A stretch of 64,000 bases of DNA from Vicinamibacterales bacterium (GCA_035758845.1 DASTVZ010000227.1:20491-84490); one strand, 5' to 3'. Shown: positions 18,458-28,669, numbered from the stretch's first letter. Made by a program: numbers and translations. The notes: generated by a model not told the origin, from the letters alone.

Positions 18458-19401
18458 GGCCGCGACGAATCGGCACTCGCGGCAGCGCTCTCGCGTTGTG
18501 GCAGGCGAAAGCGGTTGCGTCGCGGTTGCAGGAAGGCGGCACACCGACTGAGATCGTCGTGATCAAGACCGGCGGCGATCGTCTGCAGGAGGCGCCGCTG
18601 TCCGAGGCCGGGGGCAAGCGTCTTTTCGTCAAGGAACTCGAGGACGCACTGCTCTCGGGTGACGTCGACCTTGCCGTTCACAGTGCGAAGGACATGTCGG
18701 CAGTGTTGCCCGATGGGCTGACCATCGCGGCCGTTCTTCCACGCGACGATCCGCGCGACGCGCTGGTGCTGACTCGCGACACGAGGGTGGTGGACTTCGA
18801 AGCCGCGCTGGCGCATATCGGCGAGACGCCGTCAATCGCTACCGGCAGCATCCGCCGGATCGCTCAGTTGAGCGCGCTTCTTCCCCAGGCGCGATTCCTG
18901 CCGATTCGCGGCAACGTCGATACGCGGTTGCGGAAACTCGATGCCGGAGAGTACGAAGCCCTGATCCTCGCGGTCGCCGGGCTAAGACGTCTCGGCTTCG
19001 ACGCGCGCATTTCAGCGGCAATTCCAGTGGAAGTGTGCATTCCTGCGCCGGGACAGGGTATTGTGGCGGTAGAGATCCGAGACGGTGACGGCGAGACCCG
19101 GCGTATGGTGACGCCAATCGGGGACGCTGAAGCCGCGGCGTCGCTCGCCGCGGAGCGCGCCGTTGTCACCGCGCTTGGCGGCGGATGTCAACTGCCGCTC
19201 GGCGCGGTAGCCGTGCACGACCGTGATAGCCTCTCGGTTCATGCCGTCGTCGCATCGCCGGATGGCCGTGACGTCATTCGAAGGACGGTCAGCGGTTTAA
19301 CGGGACAGGCCGCCGCGCTCGGCCGCCAAGTTGCGGAGGAGCTGGTGACAGCGGGGGCGACGGAGATCCTGTCTGCCGTCAGAAATGGCGTGATGCCATG
19401 A
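18454..19401 (+). CDS. hemC: Hydroxymethylbilane synthase (porphobilinogen deaminase)
   Basis: 315 aa. IGTRGSALALWQA N-terminus and RGNVDTRL motif. 4-nt overlap with hemA. Confidence 0.92.
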   Translation: MRPRRIGTRGSALALWQAKAVASRLQEGGTPTEIVVIKTGGDRLQEAPLSEAGGKRLFVKELEDALLSGDVDLAVHSAKDMSAVLPDGLTIAAVLPRDDPRDALVLTRDTRVVDFEAALAHIGETPSIATGSIRRIAQLSALLPQARFLPIRGNVDTRLRKLDAGEYEALILAVAGLRRLGFDARISAAIPVEVCIPAPGQGIVAVEIRDGDGETRRMVTPIGDAEAAASLAAERAVVTALGGGCQLPLGAVAVHDRDSLSVHAVVASPDGRDVIRRTVSGLTGQAAALGRQVAEELVTAGATEILSAVRNGVMP

Positions 19402-20930
19402 AACAGCCGTGCGTCTATCTCGTGGGCGCGGGCCCGGGCGACCCCACACTCATCAGCGTTCGCGGTCAGCGCTATCTCGAAGCTGCCGACGTCGTTATCT
19501 ACGATCACCGCGTCCATGCGCGGCTGTTGCGCGGCGCGCGGCCCGACGCCGAACGCATCGATGTTGGTCCGGCAGCGCCAAAACCACTCGAGCAGGATGC
19601 CATCTGTTTTCTTCTCGCCGAGAAAGCGCGCGACGGAAAGACTGTCGTCCGTTTGAAGTGGGGCGATCCGTTCGTCTTCGACAGCGGTGGAAAGGAAGCG
19701 CTGTTTCTTCACGAGCACGGCGTACCGTTCGAAGTGGTTCCGGGTATTCCTGTTTCTATCGGCGGCCCGGCATACGCGGGAATTCCTGTCACCTACCCCG
19801 AAGCGGGTGATGTCCTGACGGTCGTTCGCGGCTACGAAAACGAGTCAAACATCACTTCCAACGAGGAGTGGCGAGGACTTGCAGCGATTGCTGGCTCGAT
19901 CGTGTGCTACGCCGGTAAGCGGCAGGTTCAGGCGATGAGCGAGGCGCTGATCTCGCATGGACGCGCACCTGACGAATCGGCAGCACTGATCTACGACGCC
20001 ACGCTTCCGTCTCAGCGAACGGTCGAGGGGACGCTAGAAACGATTGCCGCTGCCGCCGACGCCGATCGACCCGGCCTCATGGTCATCGGCGCGGTCGCTG
20101 GATTACGTTCACATCTTCGCTGGTTCGACAATCGCCCGCTCTCAGGACGGCGTATCGTCGTGACTCGTTCGCGCGAACAAGCGACCGAGCTGATCGACAT
20201 GCTTGAAGAGCGCGGCGCCGAAGCCATTCCCGCTCACGCGATTCGAATCACGGCGCCCGAGGATTCAGCTCCGCTGGAGAACGCCTGCAGAAACGCCGGT
20301 TCGTTCGACTGGATCATCTTCGCCAGCGCCAACGCGGTCGACTCCTTCATGCGCGGTCTTCTCAGCAGTGGTGACGTGCGCGATCTCCACGGCGTGAAAC
20401 TCTGCACCGTGGGGCCGTCCACGGCGTCACGTCTGCAGCGATACGGCATTCGTGTGGATTTGACACCGGCCGAATTCCGCGCCGATTCGCTGGCCGATAC
20501 GCTGAAGGCATCGGGCAGCCTCACAGGACAACGCATCCTCATTCCGCGTGCGAACATCGCGCGCGACCGGCTCGCGGAGGAATTGCGCGAGGCGGGCGCG
20601 GAGGTCGTCGACGTTGTCGCTTACCGCACGGTACCGGGAGGCACCGAACGCAACGGTGAGTACGACGTGTACCGCATGCTTCTCGATCGTCAGATCGATG
20701 CCGTCACATTTGCCAGCGCATCTGCGGTTCGCAACTTCGTCGGCATGATCGGAGAGGACCAGGCGGCCGATTTGCTGAAAGCCACCGTCGTTGCCTCGAT
20801 CGGACCGGTGACCGCCGAGGCGGCACAGCAACTCGGGCTTCATACGACGGTGATGCCGTCGCGCTATACGATTCCCGATCTCGTCGACGCACTGGTCGAA
20901 CATTTCAGCCTACCCGTTCGCACGTCATGA
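19398..20930 (+). CDS. cobA: Uroporphyrinogen-III C-methyltransferase / uroporphyrinogen-III synthase fusion
   Basis: 510 aa. N-terminal SUMT domain ([11 protein letters not shown]) and a C-terminal HemD-like domain. 4-nt overlaps on both sides. Confidence 0.85.
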   Translation: MKQPCVYLVGAGPGDPTLISVRGQRYLEAADVVIYDHRVHARLLRGARPDAERIDVGPAAPKPLEQDAICFLLAEKARDGKTVVRLKWGDPFVFDSGGKEALFLHEHGVPFEVVPGIPVSIGGPAYAGIPVTYPEAGDVLTVVRGYENESNITSNEEWRGLAAIAGSIVCYAGKRQVQAMSEALISHGRAPDESAALIYDATLPSQRTVEGTLETIAAAADADRPGLMVIGAVAGLRSHLRWFDNRPLSGRRIVVTRSREQATELIDMLEERGAEAIPAHAIRITAPEDSAPLENACRNAGSFDWIIFASANAVDSFMRGLLSSGDVRDLHGVKLCTVGPSTASRLQRYGIRVDLTPAEFRADSLADTLKASGSLTGQRILIPRANIARDRLAEELREAGAEVVDVVAYRTVPGGTERNGEYDVYRMLLDRQIDAVTFASASAVRNFVGMIGEDQAADLLKATVVASIGPVTAEAAQQLGLHTTVMPSRYTIPDLVDALVEHFSLPVRTS

Positions 20931-21961
20931 CAACCAAGACGAATCACACGGATACCTCGCGTTCCCACCTGGGCGGCACACACACGGCGACCGAGATTTT
21001 GCGCCGGCGCCCGAGACGGCTGCGCCGATCGGCCGCGATGCGCTCACTGGTCCGCGAAACACGGTTGTCGCCGGACAACTTCATCTATCCCTTGTTCGTC
21101 TGCCCGGGTGAAGGCCAGCGGCGGGAAGTCGGCTCCATGCCGGGTGTATTTCAGCTCTCGGTCGACGAAGCGGTCAAAGAGGCCACGGCCGCGAAGAACG
21201 ATGGCGTGCCTGGCGTGCTGCTGTTCGGTTTGCCCGATCAAAAGGATGTCGTCGGATCGACGGCCTACGATCCGGAGGGACCGGTACAATCCGCCGTCCG
21301 CGCGATCAAGCAGGAAATCCCCGGGCTGCTGGTGATCACCGACGTCTGCCTCTGTGAATACACGTCACACGGACACTGCGGCATCATAGTCGACGACGAA
21401 ATCGCGAATGACGTGACGGTCGAACAGCTGGCGCGCACGGCGTTGTCGCACGCAGTCGCAGGCGCCGACGTCGTCGCGCCTTCCGACATGATGGACGGCC
21501 GCGTCGGCCGGATTCGCGCGGCGCTGGACGATGCCGGCTTTACCCAGACGGCGATCATGTCCTATGCAGCGAAATACTGTTCGGCATTCTACGGACCGTT
21601 TCGCGAGGCTGCGGACTCGGCCCCGGCATTCGGCGATCGGCGATCGCACCAGATGGATCCGGCGAACATCGAGGAGGCGGTCCGCGAGGTTGCGCTCGAC
21701 ATCGACGAAGGCGCGGACATCGTCATGGTCAAACCGGCGCTGACCTATCTGGACGTGATCGCACGCGTGAAGGCTGAGTTCGGATACCCGACCGCGGCGT
21801 ATCACGTGAGCGGCGAATACGCGATGCTGAAGGCGGCGGCGCGCAACGGCTGGATCGATGAGCCCCGCGCGATGATGGAGACGTTGACCTCGATTCGGCG
21901 GGCGGGCGCCGACATCATCATCACCTATTACGCGCGCGAGGCAGCACGAGTGTTGGGATAA
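20927..21961 (+). CDS. hemB: Porphobilinogen synthase (delta-aminolevulinate dehydratase)
   Basis: 344 aa. [25 protein letters not shown] and the MVKPAL Lys motif. Confidence 0.92.
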   Translation: MTTKTNHTDTSRSHLGGTHTATEILRRRPRRLRRSAAMRSLVRETRLSPDNFIYPLFVCPGEGQRREVGSMPGVFQLSVDEAVKEATAAKNDGVPGVLLFGLPDQKDVVGSTAYDPEGPVQSAVRAIKQEIPGLLVITDVCLCEYTSHGHCGIIVDDEIANDVTVEQLARTALSHAVAGADVVAPSDMMDGRVGRIRAALDDAGFTQTAIMSYAAKYCSAFYGPFREAADSAPAFGDRRSHQMDPANIEEAVREVALDIDEGADIVMVKPALTYLDVIARVKAEFGYPTAAYHVSGEYAMLKAAARNGWIDEPRAMMETLTSIRRAGADIIITYYAREAARVLG

Positions 21962-21971
21962 AGGTGCCTGA

Positions 21972-22292
21972 ATGCATTACCTCCTTATCTACGACGCCGT
22001 TCCGGATTACGTGGAGCGGCGGGCAGCGTTCAGGAATGAGCATCTCTCGCTGGCGTGGGAGGCACACGCGCGTGGAGAACTCGTCCTCGGCGGCGCACTC
22101 GACGATCCGGTCGACGGCGCGGTCCTCCTGTTTCAGGGGGACTCGCCGGCGGCCGCTGAGGCATTCGCGGTCCGGGACCCGTACGTCCGGAACGGGCTCG
22201 TCACCCGCTGGCGCGTGCGGGCGTGGAAGACCGTGGTTGGCGACGATGCCGCCACACCAGTCCGCCCCTCGCCGTCGCGCGCGGGGGCGTGA
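21972..22292 (+). CDS. YciI family protein
   Basis: 106 aa. MHYLLIYD...RNEHL...GELVLGGAL...DPYVRNGLV pattern typical of YciI-like proteins. Confidence 0.7.
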   Translation: MHYLLIYDAVPDYVERRAAFRNEHLSLAWEAHARGELVLGGALDDPVDGAVLLFQGDSPAAAEAFAVRDPYVRNGLVTRWRVRAWKTVVGDDAATPVRPSPSRAGA

Positions 22293-22361
22293 CGGGGTCA
22301 GACGGGGTCAGACGGGGGTCAGACGGGGGTCAGACCGGGGTCAGACCGGGGTCAGACCCGG
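22291..22361. repeat. Tandem 10-11 bp repeat array (G-run + GTCAGAC), 6.5 units, left arm of the inverted pair
   Basis: GACGGGGTCA x2, GACGGGGGTCA x2, GACCGGGGTCA x2, then GACCCGG. It begins on the TGA of the YciI-like gene. 22316-22343 is the perfect reverse complement of 24968-24995. Confidence 0.9.
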
Positions 22362-22365
22362 CAGG

Positions 22366-24780
22366 CTAAAGCGACCGCAGCGCGTCCAGCGGCGCAATCC
22401 GCGAAGCGCGCCGCGCCGGGATGTAGCACGCGACAAGCGCCACGCCAATTAGGGATGCCGGGATTACCATAAACGTCAACGGATCGACGGGGCTGACGTC
22501 GAACAGAAACTGCCGCAGAACACGACCGAGGATTGACGCGCCTGCTAGGCCAAGCACCAGCCCGATTGCGACCAGTCGAACACCATCGACGAGAATCACT
22601 CGAACCACATCGCGACCGGCCGCACCAAGCGCCAGACGCACCCCGATCTCGCGAGTGCGGTGGGTCACGTCATAAGCCATCACGGCATAGAGGCCAAGCG
22701 AGGCGAGCGCCAGAGCAAGCATCCCAAGAATCCCGGCCGCAACGGCGGCGACCCGCGAGGGAAGAATCCACAGCCGAAGCAGGGACTCCAGAGGCGTCGC
22801 GGTGAAGTGCACCGCGGAATCGATCGCATACGCTCGCTGCTTTAGAAGCCCCGCCAACGCCGTGATGTCACCGCTGGTGCGCACGATCACGTGCAGATCG
22901 CGCTCGTCGGCGAATCCTCGCGGCACATACAGCGACATCTCTTTGTCGCGCCAAATGGTCGCACTGGTCGTATCCCGAACGACGCCAACGACGGTCAGTG
23001 GAACCGGCATCGATGTGACATCGAGCTTGCGTCCTATCGGATTGACGCCGGGCCAGAACCGCGCTGCAAGTCTCTCACTGATGATGACGACCGGTGAACC
23101 GTCGCGATCTTCGCGATCGGAGAACGTCCGACCCCTGGTAATCGAGATGTCGAGCGTCTCGAAATAGGTCCGCGACACAGACGTTGTCGTGCAGATCACC
23201 TGTTCGGCATGACCTTCAGGCCACGCCGCCGTCCGTCGAACACCGCCATGCAAAGGCACGTGCGACGTCAGCGAAACGGACCCGCGCGCCGCCGACGCTG
23301 CCGTCTCGGCGATCATCTGGTTGAATTCGCGAGCGCGCTCGACGGTATACCCCTGACGCCGCAAGTCATATTCGGTAAAGACGACGCCGGCGGTTCGAAA
23401 CCCGACATCGAGCGCCTGCACGTGCTGCAGCGCGCGCGTCAGCAGGCCCGCACTAACCAGAAGAATCACGCAAACTGCGACCTGCATGACCACCAGCGCG
23501 CTGCGCAAGCGTCCGGGGCGCAAGCGCAATCCGATCATCGCGCCATCGTCATGCAGCGACGCTGCAATCCGCGGCGACGATGACTGGAGCGCGGGTGCAA
23601 GCCCGAGCAACACGCTGGCGGCAAGCGCCAGACCCAACGTATATGCGAAGACGCGCAGGTCCGGCGAGAGATCGAGCACGACTGCTCCCCACTCGGTTGG
23701 GACGTATGACAGTCCGAGTGGATAGAGCAGTTCCAGCGCCCACATTGCGAGCAGCAAACCGAGGCCACCGCCAGCGAGACCGATAACCGTGCTTTCCGAC
23801 ATGAGATGTCGAACGACGCGCCCTCGCGTCGCGCCGATCGCCAGACGAACCGCGATTTCACGTTGACGACCCGTCGTCCGCGCCAGAACGAGATTGCCGA
23901 CGTTTGCGCATGCAATCGCCAGCACCAGTCCGACGATCGAAAGCACGAGAACGATGACGGGCCAGATTCCCGGATCGAGCGTAAAGAACGTGCCCGGCGC
24001 AACGGTCACCGCCGACGGACGGTCGCGTCCGGGAAAGGCTGCTGCAAGTTGGCGAGCGGTCCCGGACAGCGCCGTCGAGGCGACGGACCGCGACACGCTT
24101 GCCTTGAGTCGACCAACGACGAGCAGCCATTCGTTCGATCGATCGATGAGAAGATCGTCAGGCGGAAGCACCGTGCGCTGCATCGACGTGGTGACCCAGA
24201 CGTCCGGCGACAAGGGTTCGGTCCCGCTGAACCGGGAGGGTCCGACGCCGACGATTGTGAACGACCGACGGTTGATCACGATCGATGAGCCGACGATCGC
24301 CGGGTCCGAGGCGAATCGCCTGCGCCACAACGAGTAACTGATCACCGCGACCGCCGGATCTGCGGCCTTTTCGTCCGCCGGGACCAGGACACGTCCGATG
24401 GATGGTTGGATGCCGACCAGGTTGAGGTAGTTTGGCGTCACGACGTACGCAATCAAGTCTTCCGTTTCGCCGTCCAACTGCGCGGTGACACTCGCGGGGA
24501 TGTAGGCGGAGACATCGTCGAACATCGACGCAGCAGTTCGATAGTCGATGTAGTCCGGGTACGAAAAGAGATTCTGGCGATGTCCCCGAGCATCTACGGG
24601 ATACAGACGGACGACTCGGTCCGCGTCGCGAACCGGCATCGGCCGCAGCACCAATGAGTTCAACAGCGTAAAGACGATCGTGTTGACGGCGATGCCAATG
24701 CCGAGTGTCACGATTGCCGATATCGCAAACAACGGCGATCGCCGTAGCGTCCGAACGGCATAACGGAGGTCTTTAATCAC
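22366..24780 (-). CDS. ABC transporter permease with duplicated MacB-like/FtsX domains (ADOP family type)
   Basis: ORF 22366..24933. GTG 24780 is preferred (GGGAG 8 nt upstream), giving the typical N-terminus (V)IKDLRYAVRTLRRSPLFAISAIVTLGIGI. Two FtsX-type 4-TM modules are separated by periplasmic domains. No ATPase partner is adjacent. Confidence 0.85.
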   Translation of the reverse strand: MIKDLRYAVRTLRRSPLFAISAIVTLGIGIAVNTIVFTLLNSLVLRPMPVRDADRVVRLYPVDARGHRQNLFSYPDYIDYRTAASMFDDVSAYIPASVTAQLDGETEDLIAYVVTPNYLNLVGIQPSIGRVLVPADEKAADPAVAVISYSLWRRRFASDPAIVGSSIVINRRSFTIVGVGPSRFSGTEPLSPDVWVTTSMQRTVLPPDDLLIDRSNEWLLVVGRLKASVSRSVASTALSGTARQLAAAFPGRDRPSAVTVAPGTFFTLDPGIWPVIVLVLSIVGLVLAIACANVGNLVLARTTGRQREIAVRLAIGATRGRVVRHLMSESTVIGLAGGGLGLLLAMWALELLYPLGLSYVPTEWGAVVLDLSPDLRVFAYTLGLALAASVLLGLAPALQSSSPRIAASLHDDGAMIGLRLRPGRLRSALVVMQVAVCVILLVSAGLLTRALQHVQALDVGFRTAGVVFTEYDLRRQGYTVERAREFNQMIAETAASAARGSVSLTSHVPLHGGVRRTAAWPEGHAEQVICTTTSVSRTYFETLDISITRGRTFSDREDRDGSPVVIISERLAARFWPGVNPIGRKLDVTSMPVPLTVVGVVRDTTSATIWRDKEMSLYVPRGFADERDLHVIVRTSGDITALAGLLKQRAYAIDSAVHFTATPLESLLRLWILPSRVAAVAAGILGMLALALASLGLYAVMAYDVTHRTREIGVRLALGAAGRDVVRVILVDGVRLVAIGLVLGLAGASILGRVLRQFLFDVSPVDPLTFMVIPASLIGVALVACYIPARRASRIAPLDALRSL

Positions 24781-24950
24781 GATCGATCTCCCAGTTCTAC
24801 ACGTGTGTCGAGAATGCAAACCCAGCCAGATGCGTGCCGAACTGAGAATTCCCGACGGTTCAATGAGTTGCGCGTCGACAGTGACCGCCACGACTGTCCG
24901 CGCGCGGTCCTGGACGATCCCGAAAACGCACATTCGGTTGCGTCGCGCTT

Positions 24951-24996
24951 AGGGTCTGACCCTGGTTTGACCCCGGTCTGACCCCCGTCTGACCCT
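24951..24996. repeat. Tandem 11-bp repeat array (GTCTGAC + C-run), 4 units, right arm of the inverted pair
   Basis: AGGGTCTGACC CTGGTTTGACC CCGGTCTGACC CCCGTCTGACC. It lies 17 nt upstream of the hemL ATG and about 170 nt upstream of the permease start. It is the reverse-complement orientation of the 22291-22361 array. Confidence 0.9.
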
Positions 24997-25012
24997 GTGT
25001 TATCGTCGCCGG

Positions 25013-26314
25013 ATGGCGCTCAAGAAACGGTTGCGGTCCTCACGGTCTGAGCAGCTCTTCGCTGCCGCATCGCGCATCCTGCCGGGCGGCGTCGACAGTC
25101 CGGTCCGTGCGTTCAAGTCAGTCGGCGCGACTCCTCTCTTTATCATGCGTGGCCGCGGCTCGCAGATCGAAGACGCCGACGGTCAGACTTACGTCGATTA
25201 CGTCATGTCCTGGGGTCCGCTGATTCACGGCCATGCACCACGGGGTCTGCTGAAAGCGCTGGCGGCGGTCGCAGCCCGCGGGACCAGTTTCGGCGCGCCG
25301 ACCGAACTCGAAACACGGCTGGCGCAGCGGGTGGCGATGCTGATGCCGTCGATGGAACGCGTGCGATTCGTCAGCTCAGGCACCGAGGCGACGATGAGCG
25401 CGATTCGCGTGGCGCGCGCGGCAACCACGCGCGACAAAATCATCAAGTTCGCGGGCTGCTATCACGGCCATGCCGATCCATTCCTTGTCGCGGCGGGATC
25501 GGGCGCGACGACGCTCGGAGTGCCGAACAGCCCCGGTGTGCCCGCGGCAGCTGCAGCCGACACCCTGGTGGCCACATACAACGACCTCGATTCAGTCCGC
25601 CAGCTTGCGAGCCAGCACGCCGGGCAGATCGCGGCGGTGATCGTCGAGCCGATCGCGGGAAACATGGGACTCGTACCGCCGGTCGACGGCTTTCTTCAGG
25701 GTTTGCGAAGCCTGTGCGATCGCGAGGGCATGCTGCTCGTGTTCGACGAAGTGATTTCAGGATTTAGAGCGTCGGCAGGAGGAGCGCAGCGATTGTACGA
25801 CGTGCGGCCGGACCTGACGTGCCTGGGAAAGATCATCGGAGGCGGGCTCCCGGTCGGTGCCTACGGCGGCCGCGTCGCCCTCATGGATCTGGTGGCGCCC
25901 GCAGGTCCTGTCTACCAAGCCGGCACGTTGTCAGGCAATCCATTGGCGATGACGGCGGGACTGTGGTCGCTCGAACAACTTTCCCCGCGGCTGTACAAGC
26001 ATCTCGCCAAGGTCGGTGCCCAGTTGGCGCACGGATTGGCCGACGCCGCCCGCGCGGCGGACGTGCCGCTTCAGGTGAATGCGTTTGGATCGCTGCTGAC
26101 GCCGTTTTTTACCGACCGGCCAGTTCGCGACTACGACTCCGCGTTAGCATCGGACACCGCCGCGTACGGACGGTTTTTTCGAGGAATGCTGGCACGGGGG
26201 ATTTATCCGCCCCCGTCACAGTTCGAAGCGTGGTTTCTTTCAGGTGCGCACACCCCGCGCCACGTCGATCAAACGATCAAAGCGGCGCGGGATGCGATGA
26301 AAGAAGTGAAGTGA
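25013..26314 (+). CDS. hemL: Glutamate-1-semialdehyde 2,1-aminomutase
   Basis: 433 aa. Typical LPGGVDSPVRAF, DEVISGFR and CLGKIIGGGLP (PLP Lys) motifs. Confidence 0.93.
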   Translation: MALKKRLRSSRSEQLFAAASRILPGGVDSPVRAFKSVGATPLFIMRGRGSQIEDADGQTYVDYVMSWGPLIHGHAPRGLLKALAAVAARGTSFGAPTELETRLAQRVAMLMPSMERVRFVSSGTEATMSAIRVARAATTRDKIIKFAGCYHGHADPFLVAAGSGATTLGVPNSPGVPAAAAADTLVATYNDLDSVRQLASQHAGQIAAVIVEPIAGNMGLVPPVDGFLQGLRSLCDREGMLLVFDEVISGFRASAGGAQRLYDVRPDLTCLGKIIGGGLPVGAYGGRVALMDLVAPAGPVYQAGTLSGNPLAMTAGLWSLEQLSPRLYKHLAKVGAQLAHGLADAARAADVPLQVNAFGSLLTPFFTDRPVRDYDSALASDTAAYGRFFRGMLARGIYPPPSQFEAWFLSGAHTPRHVDQTIKAARDAMKEVK

Positions 26315-26318
26315 AGCA

Positions 26319-27284
26319 CTATCTGATGTTCGGCGGTGTATCGAGACTAACCCGAAGGATTGTGCCCGCAGGCAGCGATACGTCCTTGCCTTCGGTAGCG
26401 GCAATCGTACCGCCTGCACCGATCAGCACACCGATAAGCGCACCCTTTGCGCCGCCGATGATGCCGCCGATAATTGCGCCGACGCCGGCGCCGGCGCCGA
26501 TCTTCCCGACCTCACCTTTGATGCCTTCACTCTCCAGAGCCTGCGTCACGGTTCCGCGAATGGGATAGTTGCGACCGCGTACCGTAATCTGATCGAACGC
26601 AACCGTGAGACTTCCCTTCCGCTCCGTGCGGGTCGCCTTGGTGACCGAGCTGACGACACCGCGAAGTGTCGACCCGGCCGGGATCAGGACCTCGTTGCCG
26701 CGATACAGATCTGCCACGGTCGTCGCTGCGAAGCGCTGCTCGACCTGCGCCGTCTCGGACGACAGCGCATTTTCAATTCGCGCGTCGATCTCCTGACCGC
26801 TGGGGATCGCACTCGTCCCGCTGCTCTGACCCGATCGCGTGCGGTCGTCCACAACGCCGCCAGTTACCGTCCCAGAGGTGCCAGTTGGTCGCTGCCGTGT
26901 CCCACTCGGATCGCTGTTCGTGCGCCACGTGCCGGCATCCGTACTCGCCGAATCCGGGGCGTTCGCACGCGCCTGAGAACGCACATCCTGGATACGGTCC
27001 TGCAGATCGTTGTACTCGTTTCGGCTGACCGATCCCTCCTTCCGCAGCTTGACCTTCAAATAAACCACTTCGTCGCGAAGATCATCGACCTGAGTCTGCA
27101 ACCGTCCGGACGTGTCCTGACTTCCGCGCATGCGCGACACGTCATTGCTCACGTCGGACAGCAGATCCTGTAGCCGCTGGATGTCAGACGAGGTGACACT
27201 CTGCGCGGCCACAGGTCGCGCGAGCGACAGGCACAACGCCAGGACTGCCAACACGCCTAGTATGTTGAATCTCAATCGGTTCAT
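26319..27284 (-). CDS. Hypothetical secreted protein with a C-terminal glycine-zipper segment
   Basis: Signal peptide MNRLRFNILGVLAVLALCLSLARPVAAQ. A coiled-coil-like N-terminal third, then a Ser/Thr/Gly-rich linker, then GAGAGVGAIIGGIIGGAKGALIGVLIGAGG. No family recognised. Confidence 0.55.
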   Translation of the reverse strand: MNRLRFNILGVLAVLALCLSLARPVAAQSVTSSDIQRLQDLLSDVSNDVSRMRGSQDTSGRLQTQVDDLRDEVVYLKVKLRKEGSVSRNEYNDLQDRIQDVRSQARANAPDSASTDAGTWRTNSDPSGTRQRPTGTSGTVTGGVVDDRTRSGQSSGTSAIPSGQEIDARIENALSSETAQVEQRFAATTVADLYRGNEVLIPAGSTLRGVVSSVTKATRTERKGSLTVAFDQITVRGRNYPIRGTVTQALESEGIKGEVGKIGAGAGVGAIIGGIIGGAKGALIGVLIGAGGTIAATEGKDVSLPAGTILRVSLDTPPNIR

Positions 27285-27421
27285 TACGGTCTCCCTTTGC
27301 CGTTCAGCCGAGCCATACCCCCGCGAGACTCAGCATTCGGCGAACTCCTACCTGCACGACTGCAAAACGAACGCCGGGTGAACTCGACCCCAAAATGCGG
27401 GTGGTATGATCGGGATATCTG

Positions 27422-28648
27422 ATGGCAGTGCTGAAGCTTCACAGAACGGTCGGTGTCCGTGTGGGATCCGTCCAGGTCGGCGGCGGCGCGCCTGTCGTCG
27501 TCCAATCTATGACGATGACGGACACTGCAGATCCGAAGGCGACAGCTCAGCAGTGCGTCGAGTTGGCTGAGGCCGGATCTGAAATGGTGCGCGTGACGGT
27601 GAACGTGCCGGAGGCTGCGCAGGCTGTTCCCGAGATCAAACAGCGCATGCTCGACGCCGGAATTACTGCGCCACTGATCGGCGACTTTCACTACAACGGC
27701 CACCTCCTGTTGACGCGTTACCCGGATTGCGCCGCCGCGCTCGACAAATACCGGATTAATCCGGGAAACGTGGGCACCGGCAAGCGGCGTGATGAGCAGT
27801 TCGCGACGATTTGCGGCGTCGCGCGCGATCGGAACAAGCCGGTGCGAATCGGCGTGAACGGCGGATCGCTCAATCAGGAGCTCGTGCTCGCGAAGATGCA
27901 GGAGAACACCGATCGCGATCGCGGGCTGAGTTCCGAAGAGGTCATCAACGAGTGCATGGTGCTGTCCGCGCTGCAATCGACGGAGCTCGCGCTCGAGAGC
28001 GGGCTCAGAAAAGATCAGATCATCATCTCGTGCAAAACATCGCGCCCGGGCGATCTGATCGCGGTCTACCGCGACCTGGCGGAAAAGACCGATCAGCCGC
28101 TTCACCTCGGCCTGACGGAGGCGGGGATGGGCACCAAGGGCCTCGTCTGGTCCGCGGCGGCGATGGGCGTGTTGCTGAATCAAGGTATTGGCGACACGAT
28201 TCGCGTGTCGCTGACGCCACGCCCTGGCGGCGATCGCCGTGAGGAAGTGTATGCCGCGTGCGAATTGCTACAGGCTTTGGGATTGCGATCCTTCGCGCCA
28301 AGCGTTACCGCCTGTCCAGGCTGCGGGCGCACGACGAGCACGACGTTTCAGGAACTCGCCGAACGGACGCAGGAATACATCCGGCAGCGAATGCCGGAAT
28401 GGAAGGCCAGCTACGAAGGCGTCGAGACGATGACTCTTGCCGTGATGGGTTGTGTCGTGAATGGACCGGGTGAGTCAAAAGCGGCAAACATCGGCATCAG
28501 TTTGCCGGGAACCGGAGAAGCGCCCAACTGTCCCGTGTTCATCGACGGCAAACATCACACGACACTGCGGGGGACATACGACGAACTCGCAGTGGCGTTC
28601 CGCGAGCTCGTGGACGAATACGTCGCGACGAAGTATGCCCGACGCTGA
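27422..28648 (+). CDS. ispG: 4-hydroxy-3-methylbut-2-en-1-yl diphosphate synthase
   Basis: 408 aa. [16 protein letters not shown]-terminal motif and the C-terminal Cys cluster CPGCGRT...GCVVNGPGE. Confidence 0.92.
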   Translation: MAVLKLHRTVGVRVGSVQVGGGAPVVVQSMTMTDTADPKATAQQCVELAEAGSEMVRVTVNVPEAAQAVPEIKQRMLDAGITAPLIGDFHYNGHLLLTRYPDCAAALDKYRINPGNVGTGKRRDEQFATICGVARDRNKPVRIGVNGGSLNQELVLAKMQENTDRDRGLSSEEVINECMVLSALQSTELALESGLRKDQIIISCKTSRPGDLIAVYRDLAEKTDQPLHLGLTEAGMGTKGLVWSAAAMGVLLNQGIGDTIRVSLTPRPGGDRREEVYAACELLQALGLRSFAPSVTACPGCGRTTSTTFQELAERTQEYIRQRMPEWKASYEGVETMTLAVMGCVVNGPGESKAANIGISLPGTGEAPNCPVFIDGKHHTTLRGTYDELAVAFRELVDEYVATKYARR

Positions 28649-28669
28649 AACTGCTGATTTTCGATTGCC
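28645..28669. repeat. AT-rich heptamer element, short single arm
   Basis: CTGAAACTGCTGATTTTCGATTGCC. The ispG TGA stop (28646-28648) is the TGA of the terminal CTGAAA. Short and degenerate. Confidence 0.45.

Noticed and set aside
22291-24996. The tandem arrays considered as a CRISPR locus or as coding sequence (ORF 21964..22452).
   Set aside because: The units are only 10-11 bp and have no spacers. The ORF through them translates to a repetitive GQTGVRRGSDRG-type artefact and is antisense to the permease 3' end.
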